NCBI GenBank assembly: GCA_030704615.1
Contig: CM060732.1
Coordinates: forward strand, 29,946,001-30,010,000
Reading direction: 5' to 3'
DNA from: Takakia lepidozioides
Lineage: Eukaryota; Plantae; Bryophyta
DNA length: 64,000 nucleotides
Made by a program: the position numbers and the translations under genes
The notes under the pieces: model-generated
Seen by the model: the letters and a program-made list of their open reading frames with translations, nothing else
Databases searched by the model: none
What the model was told of the DNA's origin: nothing
Shown: positions 12,931-24,700 of the stretch, piece after piece
Layout of the letters: every line of letters begins with the position of its first letter
Position numbering within the stretch: position 1 is the first letter of the stretch

Positions 12931-13592
12931 TGTGATGCCAGCTAAGAAGGATATCTATGGCAATTGGATAGAAAGGAGGATGTGTGGGGACTACCGTCCT
13001 GTGAACCGTCAGACTAAGTCCGATAGATATGCCATGCCAACTCCAGAAGAGATCTTTGATGCCATTGGGCATGCAAAGGTGTTTAGTACATTGGACTTGC
13101 GATCCGGTTATCACCAGTTGCCAATCAAAGAGGCTGACAAGCAAAAGACGACATTCTGGGGGATTGACCAACATGGAAGGATTGCTTGTATCAATGGCGG
13201 TTCCTACCGTTTGGGTTGAAGAATGCTCCTGCAGAGTTTCAGAGGGTCATGGATAGGATTCTTGCGGGGCTAGACTTCGCCCGGTGCTACATTGATGACA
13301 TCATCATCTTTAGTGCTACGATTGAGGAGCACGAGAGACCCCTTCAGATGGTGTTTGAACGCATGAGAGCGCATGGGTTGAAATTGCACCCTGGGAAGTG
13401 CAAGTTCTTCCACAACCAGATTGAGTATCTGGGCCATATGATATACCCTGGAGGATTGGGTGTTCAAAAGACGAAGGTGGAGGCCATTGCACGCATTCCA
13501 CGCCCCATCGATGTTAACAGAGTTCGTGCTTTCATGGGGTTGGCAAACTACTATCGACGGTTTGTCAAGGGATTTAGCAGCATTGCAAAGGC
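12931..13592 (+). mobile_element. Second Ty3/gypsy RT fragment, frameshifted
   Basis: Near-identical to 3862-4377 and continues through MIYPGGLG...FMGLANYYRRFV; frameshift near 13175. Confidence 0.9.
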
Positions 13593-15096
13593 TACGTGAG
13601 GGAGGTATTACTTTGAGAAGCATATGAGGAAGCAAAGGAGAGGAAGTAACGCCTGGGGAAGGCATGACAGGGGCTTAGCCATTTTTGACACCGATGCTTC
13701 TAAAGAGGAGCCAACAAAATCCATCTATACACGTAACACCTCATTGGATCCTACAAACATGGGTGTATGCACTTGCATGGGCACGGCCAACAAATAACAA
13801 TCAACACTCTGGTCTGGCCAGCATTTACACCACTATCATCACCATAGCTAGGGTGTAAGGTGTGGAGTAAGGTGTGCGGCAAGTGGCCAAATTTGTTCAT
13901 CCTTTCAGCAGTTGGGCCTGCGCACTAACATTTCCTTCAACTCTCTGGCCATGATGATGATGGTCAAGTACACTGGACAACATGAAATCAGACTGTACAT
14001 TATGAGTGGTCATTTTGTATGCACCTCCACATATTTCTTTCATGTCCCCTGTATCTCATAGAGGCAGGTCACCTACAACCACCTATGGCAGGTCCTCAAG
14101 GTATGGTGAATCCAAGAGCAAATATTTTAGGGATTCCTATTATGGAATGAGCCTTCTTGGCACCTCCTAGGAGTTTGTTGTTAGTTTCACTATTGCTGTG
14201 GTTGCCAACTTCAGAGAAAGATCTCTTACAATCACATTGTTGCCTCCCACTTGAAGTTTGTCAAAACCCAATCAAGATACTATTCTAACAAGGTCCATTT
14301 CATGCAATATATGCATGGACAATTTGTCAGGATAGGTTCCAAAATTTCACTGTAGTAAACGCACATGCATGGGCTCCTTAGTGAGATGCGACTCAATATG
14401 CCTCCTGCAAATGGAATCCATCTAGTACTGCAAATCATGGACATGAATAGATGGAATGGGTAACCAGGATACACATCCAGGATCAGTCATGCGTGAATCC
14501 TCACAATCGAATGCAGCAAAGCCTTAGAGTCTGATGAGCTGGAACGGACCAAAGAAGTTGAGAAACTTAGTAGAGGGAGCAAAGACAGGCACACGCTTGC
14601 ATGGAGACACACAGACATGAAGAGATTGAGATTAACTTCAGGTAGACGCTCTCCAAATGAGAATGACAATGTACAATTTGAGTGCCAGGAGAGAGATAAG
14701 GGTGCTCTATGCAGGAAGGAACTTCGACCACTTCCTAACGTTCGTAACAGGTCAACCTAGTAACGCTGAACCATGTTGAGCAGAGCTGCTTTACTCACAC
14801 TAGCCAAAGGCCCAATTGAATTGGAATGGCTTTCCTTCTTTGACTCCTTCGTGACCCAAACAAAACAAATAGCAAATATCTGACGAGACAAGAGGAGCTC
14901 TTCCCCTCCCAACATGCGATCCATTTGCTATGAGCGGAAAAATGAAGTTCTTGCCATCTCGTCCAAGTCCTGAGTTTGGGCCGGTGGGTGTCTGTCGGGT
15001 AGGAGATGCTCCACCATAGAAGGGTTTAAAAATTTACGAGTGCTGGACTGGATGTGCTCAAACCTCCAACTTCATAGCTGTCAAAGTCAGGAGCTC

Positions 15097-17652
15097 TTAT
15101 ACCTTTATCCGAATTAAAAAAGAGCCTGGATGCATCAAACCCCGGTATCACATGTTATTTTCTGGATCAACATCTATTACTATCGTACATACATTGTGAT
15201 AATCTTTCCCTATCCTGCACATGTTATGCTCCCACTAAGCAATGCTCTTCCTTAATGATTTGAACACACTGACTGATTCAGTTTAACATGGAAATTATGC
15301 CCCACAGAGGTATCACAATGGATGAAACTCAGTGATAAGCCGAAACCCATCAATCACCCTTGAAAGTTGCACCAAAGAAATAGTCTCTAGTTATTCTCAA
15401 AACGTGGAGACATGGGAAACAGCCTGAATTTTGGTTCCCTCCACCAAGCCTGCAAGTGACTCTACTAAACAGCTAACGTCAGCATAGCTGCCCTAGGTTC
15501 CCACTATGCCAGCATAGGGTTTTGGGCGAATGATACATACAGGCAGGAAGTGTGGTAACCTCAGCTGACACAGTGCAAGCGACCCCCAAATTTGTTAAAG
15601 CACCCCGGATAAGTCCACAAGGGAAGAAGAGATATTGCCCTGCGCCTTGAGAGGCCCTCAGAGACGCCTCAGTCTGGGCCTCATTTGGGGAGTCAACAGA
15701 AACTCGTGTGAGCCATCTGAACTGGTTGTCCTGCAGTACAAAAACCCCCTGCAACCCCCCTCCATGCGTCAGCAACACCATCATGAACAGTTGATTGGTA
15801 GTGCTTTGAAGAAAGAGTTCTTGGCTCCGCTGCCTGCTGAGTCTTCTCTCTCATCTGGTTAACCTTGATTATCAAGAGCCAAAACGAGAATATGGGGTTA
15901 ATTTCCCCAGTCCATAGACGGCCAAATAGTTTATTACCCGCAGATGTGGCCACATCCCAAAGTCAAAGTTAATCGTGGTAACCAAAGACTCAAAAGAGCC
16001 TGATACCCACAGTTTAGATGACCAACCCAGTGGACCCCCCTTTTAGTTGGGTTGGCTACTACATATGGTAAATAGGTGTGGGATGTGTAAAATGCAGCTA
16101 CTATACCTGACATTCCAGCAACAAATAACATAATAAAAAATCGATTCCACAGATATGCTCTACACAGCTGGACAGTAACCAGTTTCTGGACAATGACAGA
16201 CCATCTGTTAAAGTTGGTACACCATTCAGTGCTGTAAGTTCCACCAATGGAGGTCTAAAGTCTAAACGCCATTCAAAAAATTGGTCTTAAAGAAGAGCCC
16301 TTAATCACATCCTGTATCAAGGCAAAGACTCCTTAAGGTATGGTGCCAAGAGGTTGATGTACTTAATCGTTTCAAGCTGAAACATATGATAACATCAAGT
16401 TTATACATTCAGGCTGGCTCTACAGTTTGTGCCTGCCATCTCAATAAAGCTTAATATGGCAGATGAGGCATTGATGTTTTTGTTTGTGAGAAAGGAAGAT
16501 GTGCGATGGAGATTTGCAAGAGTATCCTTAAGCAGCCTCACTCTCTCACTTTCTCATGTCGTTCCTACAGCAACTGTTTTGTTTCCCGAACTTGACCCTA
16601 TTTTACTCAAGACACCATATTCTCTTGGGCCCGTGACTCCAAATTGGTACGGTATGGTTTTTTGAACATGGGACCATCTTTGCATCATTGAGATGCATAC
16701 CAGGTCACAAACCTGAGAGGTATTGGGTAGATGCTCCAAAGCAGTCATCCAATCACAAGTGAATGATTTTCACCAAATCTTAACTCAACTCACATGCTCT
16801 TTAAAAAGAGATTCCTTTATCTACTTCCTTCAGCTGTCTGTTGGGTGAGGGAACTAATGAGTACCAGAGAGTGCTTCACAACTAGAGAAATTTGCAACAC
16901 ACTCACCCGATGGTTGGTCTTGAGATTGTCAATCTGCTTCTTGAAGACCTCCGCCCAGAAATCTTTGCAAATGAATTTCACAGCCTCAAGATGGTCTCCA
17001 AATCGTGGGCAATCCTTGGTATACCTTCCAACCAAGAGGTATATTATGAGACCAAAGCAGACACTCTGTTCACTTTCAGGCCATGGATACACTGCACTGC
17101 ATGCCCTGTACAAGAGGACATGAATATATTCATAAAGGTTGGTTCACCGCGGCGAATGCTCCGAGCAGCCCTAAAATTTCAGTCATTGCGTTGGCGCGTG
17201 GGTACAACCTTCGCCAACGACGTTTAACGGCTCCTCGGGGATAATGTGGTACACAACACATCCTTAATTCTCAAAATGCAGGTAGAAAATTGAAACCCAC
17301 GCAATTTTATTGTGGAAGAGGAGAGTTGGTTGTGGCACATTTTCGCACAAAGAAAAAATCAACTTTGGACAGCCTTCACCACAACCCGCTCTTTGAATGT
17401 TTACAAATTTCAGAGTTGCATGATTCACAATTTCCTATGAACTGGAAATGATCCTCCCCTTTCTCTACACTGTGATAGAGAAGAGAATTACCGTTCTGCT
17501 AATTGGAGGCCAACCTGATAACCAATGGATTCAATGCGGCGCGCAGCAAGTTCCGGCTTGGTGGGATGAATTCGATTGCGATACACTGCCACCAGCTCCA
17601 AGTTCACACTGTCCATGCAGCTCTCCGCCACCTCCCTCACCCCCCCAAGCAT
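15097..17652 (-). CDS. TRS33: TRAPP complex subunit Trs33/TRAPPC6; 4 exons (17652-17492, 17024-16907, 15748-15541, 15125-15097), 171 aa
   Basis: The spliced product [83 protein letters not shown] matches the plant TRS33 family. All introns are GT-AG and the CDS is 516 nt in frame. Confidence 0.93.
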
Positions 17653-18749
17653 CGTGCAGACTACGGGACCTCCGTCACTACCAATCGAGGGCCCCAAAAC
17701 CCTAAAAGCAGCAAAGGCCTCACCGACGATGTTCGTTCGTCCGTTCGTTGGCGTTACATTAACTTACCATCTTTTATTACCATCCATCATGAATTACCTA
17801 ACCGTGGTTCGGTTGCGTATCCTCGTGCGAGTTTGGATAGGCACGTGTGAGTTATGATACATAGTCTAACGCAAGCCTTGCATCATCTCCGAGTCCTCTC
17901 TCTCTCTCCCTCTCTCCCCAGCTCTTGCATTCATATAACTTCTGGAGATCAGCAACGAAGTGGTCGTAATGATCACTGGGAAAACATTACAAGAATACTT
18001 GTAATCCCTTCTCCCAGTTGGAAGGGCCAACTTGGCTCCCTCACGTCAGTTCCTGTTTTCAGGATTGAGGTTCTATGAGAGGACGTTGTGAGGCCAATTG
18101 GACTTCACACGGATGCACAAACATGTGCAAAGACGATTCTGTAGCTCATGGATCAGAGGAGGGTCATATGATGTAAGCCAGACCTCAAGAAGCAGACCTG
18201 ACAGCCCGGGTGATAATTTATATGAAAGCACGTCTCGACCAGGGATATTCAATGACGTCTTTTACATTGCGAGCTTGCATTATCTGGCTGCCATGCCTCG
18301 GGATGCGTCAGTGCTACAAAGGAGATGGGAGATGGGTTGGAGGCACCTAGTTGAATGCGGTGAGGACGTACAGTCGTCCCAACAGGAACTGGAGGCTTGA
18401 TGATGTTCAGCATGATGGCCTGAAGCTGAAAGGCCGCAGCTTATAGTGTCCGAACGAAGAGAGGACTGTAAGTTGATAGACATGGTATCATACAGCCACT
18501 GCAGGCCAAGAATGCGTATGGACACGGGAAGAAATTAAAAGATGCTTTTGACAATTGGTTTGCTACTCTGCAGTTTGGACGGAGCATACGGGACGCCAGG
18601 TCACGGTGCACAAGCAGAGAACTGCTCACTGTTGCCCACTCCTACAGTAGCGCTGCCCAGGAAGAGCTTTAGAGGAGCACCGACTGCTCAACATATTCTC
18701 AAGCTTAGAAGAAACAGGCAGGAGGAAACACTGACGCTGGGGTCCCGAG
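17653..18749. promoter_or_regulatory. Divergent (head-to-head) promoter/5' leader region between TRS33 and the LRR-RLK
   Basis: Start codons are 1.1 kb apart on opposite strands; CACGTG at about 17842 and a CT-rich tract at about 17895-17920. Confidence 0.45.
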
Positions 18750-21700
18750 ATGAGAATAGACTTCTGGTTAGATGGTACAATCACATCTGAGAGAAAATTT
18801 CGTTGCAATAGCAAAAGGCAGATAAATTTTCTCCACATTTTAGCTGTATTGAGCGTGGTCTTCATCGATGCCGCGCGAGCAGTCTCAGACGATGGACAGA
18901 TCTTACTGGCCTTCAGAGAATCGATCGTTGATGACCTTGGGGTTCTCCAAGATTGGCTTGAGTCCGATGCTCTCCCCTGCAGCTGGACTGGTGTCACCTG
19001 CAATGACACGAATGCTGTGATAGGTAAGTCAGCTTGACCACCTCAGCCAAGCTTTGGTATGTGCTCAACTTTACACACTCTCAAAGCCCTGGGGATTGTT
19101 TTGGAGCCCACACAAGGGTACATTCTGTATCTGAAATTCGGCTGATTACAATTTAAGGCGACTCCACAGTACAAGTGCTACGGGATATAAAATAATAATG
19201 TAGAGTTGGTCAGATCACACAAGAATTTCCTGGCATCTTCTGGAAATTGACAACTTCTCCTGTTGCTATTGTTACTCTAGATCAAGAATGAGACTCCATA
19301 ATTCTACCTACGTATGCTTTGGCTTCAAATATCTGAACCTCTGCTTGACAATGATGGGCTGGAAGCTAATCTCCCCAAAAATTGTCACTGAGGAATTGTT
19401 CTGAAATGAAGAGTTTTTGAGGAAACTTATTTCAGCTCTGGACATGCTTGCAAGGTTACCTGCTGGTTATACTCGCACTCTGTTGGAAGTATGCTTAACC
19501 GGATATTGAGACCAAGTTGTTAAACCCACATGTTTGCCACTTAGAGAGGTACTAGAAAATACTGTAGAGGCAAACAAACTGTTTGAAAGACTGGCTTCTG
19601 CCAAATTGAAAGCCCACCACTAAGAACTGCAGACAACAGTACGCACATGTACACTGCACAAGTGGGTACTTGTCATTATTGGGTCCTAGTAGTGTCCTTT
19701 ATTCACATTCATTCCTTAGTCTTGAAATGGGTATGAAAATGTGGATCTCAAAATCTTGGGTACTTGTAATTCTTGGTGCTAATGGTGTCCAGTATTTGCA
19801 TTCCTTGCTCCTTAGTCCTGAAATGTGGATGAAAATGTGGATCTCAAATGCTGAATATGCGTATCTCCTAATGCAGGTCTTGATCTCTCGAACATGAATT
19901 TAACAGGGCTGCTTCCAGGCACACTCTGCCAACTACCCTCTCTCACCTCGCTTGAGCTGCAAGAGAACCTCTTTACTGGCTTCCTTCCTCCAGGACTGTT
20001 CAATTGTACTAGATTGCTGCATCTGGATTTGAGCTCAAATAACTTCACGGGGACAATACCAGATGGTATCTCTGGTCTTCAATCACTAATGTATCTCAAC
20101 CTCTCGATGAATGAATTCAATGGAGTCATACCTCCTGGTATTGGACAACTTTCAGAGCTGCTCTTTCTTGATATGATCTATTGCGGCGTGAATGGGAAAA
20201 TCGTGGATCAGATTGGCAACCTCACTAAATTGACAAATGTCTCCCTTTCTTGGAATTCCTTCGCCCCAGGTAATGATTTGAGGGTGATGGATACATCGAT
20301 CTTTACAGGTACCCTTGTTGCTTTAGAGTCAGCCTTTATTGTGCTTTTTAAAATAATGTCATTCCCAACCCCTAATAAACACTTGGAACCCCTCCAACTG
20401 AACTGTAGATGGCTGTGTGAGGTCTGTGAATCTCAGGCTGGTTTGGTTCTCATGCACCAACTACCATTGCAGATTGCCTTCTGTCAAATTTGATTATTGG
20501 CTTGTAGAATTGTTGACTTCTCACACTGCTTCTACTTCCAGGAGGCCTTCCTTCTACATTCGCCAAGCTGTGGCAGCTGGAATCTCTGGAGTGTGCAAGC
20601 TGTCATCTCCTTGGAAGCATTCCACCTTGGCTTGGGAGCTTGTCTGGTCTAGATTACATAGACTTGAGTTATAATGATCTATCTGGAAGCATTCCTCCAT
20701 CTCTCATGCGATTGCCTAAGCTGACAAGGTTGGAGCTATACAAAAATAGGCTGACAGGGACGATCCCCACAGAGATATGGAACCTTACTTCTCTCACAGA
20801 TCTCGATTTATCAGACAATTTACTGGTAGGTTCAATACCTGACAACATCACCCAACTGGAACACTTGGGGCTAATTCATTTGCAAAACAACAGCTTGAAT
20901 GGAGAGATCCCCCAGGGGCTTGTCAACCTACATTATCTCTATGACTTGAAGCTGTTTATGAATGACTTAACGGGATCCATCCCTCCTGCCCTTGGGGGCA
21001 ACTGTACACTCTTGCAGTTTGATGTCTCAACTAATCATCTCAGTGGGGTTATACCTTCCGGTCTGTGCAACGGAGGCAAGTTATGGAGGTATACCTGTCT
21101 CTTGGTTTGTTCTCCTCTTCCATGGGCCCTTGTGGCCATTTGTGCCATCACAAAACTCCTTTCCTTCTCTCTCACCTTGTCCCATAAGTCTTTGGGCTTC
21201 CCCTGCATAAAGCTCTTTCTCTTTCCTTTCTCTCTTGGCAGCCTACCTACACGAGGCCTTCACCCTTAGACAATCGCTAGAACATTAATTGTGGTTTCTG
21301 GATTTGTTCCTCTCTCATGTTTTCTTCCATTTTGTCCCATAAGCTCTACAAGCTTTCCACGGACGTTATAAAGCACCATTTCATTTCATTTCTCTGTTGC
21401 CATGAGATTGTCTGATGAAAATGAAGTTAGGCAGAAAACTTCCCTGAACTTGTTTCCAGTCTGTGACATGGGGGAGGACATCTTGGATGACCTCAAGGGT
21501 CTACCCACTCTCGGCACTAGACTGAAATTTAAACTCAGGGCAGGAAGCCTACCTTTGAACAGCAAACAGAAGCAGAGAGGAAAGGGAGAGTGCAATTGCC
21601 CGTTGTGTGGGCAATCTGAAGACAGTATTCATTTTCTGATACACTGTCCGGGGTTCTCTCACCAAAGAGACGCTCTCTTCAAATCTATTAAGGGAATTGT

Positions 21701-24700
21701 GCCTGTACCCCTGTTTACCAACTTTGAAAGTCTCGAGGCTGAGCCAAAAGCCCAGGCCCTCCTGAGGCCTAGTTTTTGGGCAAATCACACACAGCAGATT
21801 GATGCTTGTGTGAAGGGATTTCTAGAGGATATCTGGAAAACCCGGATTAATTCTTTATATGGAGGTAAGTCTTACTACCAACGTCAGCCCCTGACAGAGG
21901 TAGGTTCTGTCCCTTTTGTTCCCGCTCAAACTGGGCGCGGGGTCAATGGCCACAAGGCTACGGCAAACAACGTCTTATGAGTACAATCTTTCCTTTCTCA
22001 CTGTAATCAGCCTTGTGAGACGTTCTTCAGTTTGGACACCCAGAACTGCTGAGCAGCATACTGCAGTAGAACTCCTTTGGTAAGGGTAGGCAGGAACTTA
22101 CCAAAGTCCATAAGATTCAAGTTTTGTTTTGTTTTTTTTTTTGAGATTTTGACTACCTTCATCATCTAGAAGTCCATGTGTCTCGTCTGGCTTCCACTTG
22201 ACATAAACAAATTTACCTTTGGTACAGAAACATAGCAAGTGTTCTAAGAAGCTAGCATCAACAATTGCTTTCTATGTACTGAATTGTTCGATGGCTATCA
22301 GGTTCATATTGTTCAGCAACAGCTTCTTCGGAAACCTTCCAGAAGCTTATGGAAACTGTTCAAGCCTCATTCGGTTCAGGATCTATGGCAACATGTTTGA
22401 TGGGACTGTTCCTAGTGGGCTGTGGGGCTCCCCCAACCTCCGTCTGCTGGAGATTTACGACAATTTCTTTGAAGGAAGCATCCCTCCAACTGTTGGCAAT
22501 GCAACAAGTCTTACATCATTGAAAGTTTATAATAATCAACTCAGTGGAACCCTCCCCCCCGAACTGGGGAAACTTAGAAATCTCGATAGTTTTTTTGCAT
22601 CACGTAACAGGCTCTCTGGTGTGATACCTCAGCAGCTAGGAGACTGTGGCCCTGTTTTGACCAACCTCTATATTGATGGAAATGCTCTTTCTCAGCAGAT
22701 TCCCTCAGAAATTGGCAACCTTTCGAAGCTTGGTTACCTAAGCCTGGCTTCCAATCAGCTGTCTGGTCCAATTCCTCCAGAAATAGGGCACCTAGCCAGT
22801 CTTGTCTATCTAGACCTCTCTGAAAATAAACTGAGTGGGGCAGTTCCGGATGCATTAGGGGAATTGAATCTTTTGAACTTCATCTCCTTCAATCTTTCGT
22901 TCAACAACCTGTCTGGCATCTTGCCAAGTGCTTTGTCAGTTAATCTCTTCTCTTTGGGATTCAAAGGAAACCCCAATCTATGTATCCTGGACTCTAATGT
23001 GTCCACAGCTTGTCATGACATGAGTCAGACTGCATCAAGCGATGGCCGCAAACAACCTGGGCTTCTGGCATGGACGGTGGGTGGCATACTTGGGTTGGCA
23101 GTAGCCATTGCAGTGACTGGATCTTGGTTCTTCTACAAAAGACACAAGGCCTACTTGGCCCATAGTCATAGCCAAAGCCAGTTGGAGCTTCTGTCATCCT
23201 GGATTTTGACCTCATTTCATAAGTTGAGCATAAGCTACGAAGAGATTATGGAATGCCTTGACGAAGACAATGTTATCGGAAGTGGTGGGGCTGGGAAAGT
23301 ATACAAGGCTACACTTAGGAATGGGATGGTGGTTGCTGTAAAGAAACTCTGGGGGGATGGAAAGGGGGATGCCCTGCATGACCATGGTTTCAGGGCAGAG
23401 GTGAGAAACTACTTAGTTTCTGAGAGCCACTTGTGATTCAAGATGTTAATTGTTTGCTCTGTGTTACTGCCAATGAAGTGACATCCTCAGGGGGGAGTGT
23501 TCAGAACCTTAGTTTGTTTCTAGGTTCAATCCGCGGATTGTTTAAAATCCTTTGAAAGCTGTGGCCAGGTGGAAACCTTGGGAAGCATCCGTCACCGAAA
23601 CATTGTGAAGCTACTGTGTAGCTGCTCAAACAAGGACGCCAACTTGCTCATCTATGAGTACATGCCCAATGGCAGCTTGGGAGAACGGCTGCACAGCAAC
23701 AAGGGATCATTATTAGACTGGAGCATGCGCTACAAGATGGCAGTTGGTGCAGCACAGGTACAGTTGCGACCATCTTTCTAGCTTCCCCCCAGATTCTTTT
23801 CTGTCCCCCTGGGCCCGATTTTTATGTCTATCGGGCAACACTCGAGCAAACTTGTAAGGAGTATTTCCAGACAGTTGACTCTAGGCAGATAAGTCAACCA
23901 GAAAGGCATTTGATCTCCTCCAAGGTATTACCCTAAAGCAGGACAGGAATAGGCTGATAACTGAGGACCTTCAGAAGATCCATGTGACTAATACCTGGGC
24001 ACCATGGCCAGTTTTTTGCTACGTTGACCTTCTCACAATTGGAGATAACAGCATCCTGATGCTATACTACTTGTCCACAATGTTTTCCACATCACTTATC
24101 AGGGTTTCGGGGACTTTCAGAGTCAGCTACACAATCTCAGTATTGAAACAGACAGATGGATGCAAGTATACTTCCTGAGGATAGGATTGTGCCAGGCAAG
24201 AAGTGAAGGAGCATCATTTCTTTTTCTTGTGCCCTCTGTAAATAGCCAGAGATCAGAGGTAGAGATAATACTATGTCTGCAGAGATTGCTCATAACTTGC
24301 AGAGGCATTTAGTTATTATAAAAGAAATGCTTGGCAGGTTACCTTCACGAGGCCCTCTGTCTTTGTGCAGCGATTTAGGCCAGGTTTCAAGTACTTTGGT
24401 CAGTGGATTTTTATCCCATGATTTCCTTGGGCTTTTAGTGGACGTTCGAAAGCTTTAATTTTTTCTTTTCTGTGGACATGCTAGTGGATGTTGTAAAGCT
24501 AGCTGGTTTCTTTCTTGTTTCCTGTTTTTTTGGTCCCGTAAGCTCTTTGAGCTTCCTGTGGACATTATAAAGTACCTTTTGATTTCATTTGCTTTCATTT
24601 GTCCTCTGAGTTCTACTGCCCTTCAGTTGGGTTGCATAAGGACATCCGTCTCTCTTTCACTTCATTCTTTCCTTTCCATTGCTCACTTTTCATACATGTC

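Noticed and set aside
12931-13592. Gypsy copy 2 as the displaced other half of the CACTA-interrupted gypsy
   Set aside because: It overlaps copy 1 by about 515 bp and has an uninterrupted junction with no TIR beside it.
13600-14800. Decayed host gene downstream of TRS33
   Set aside because: No sustained reading frame or recognisable domain.
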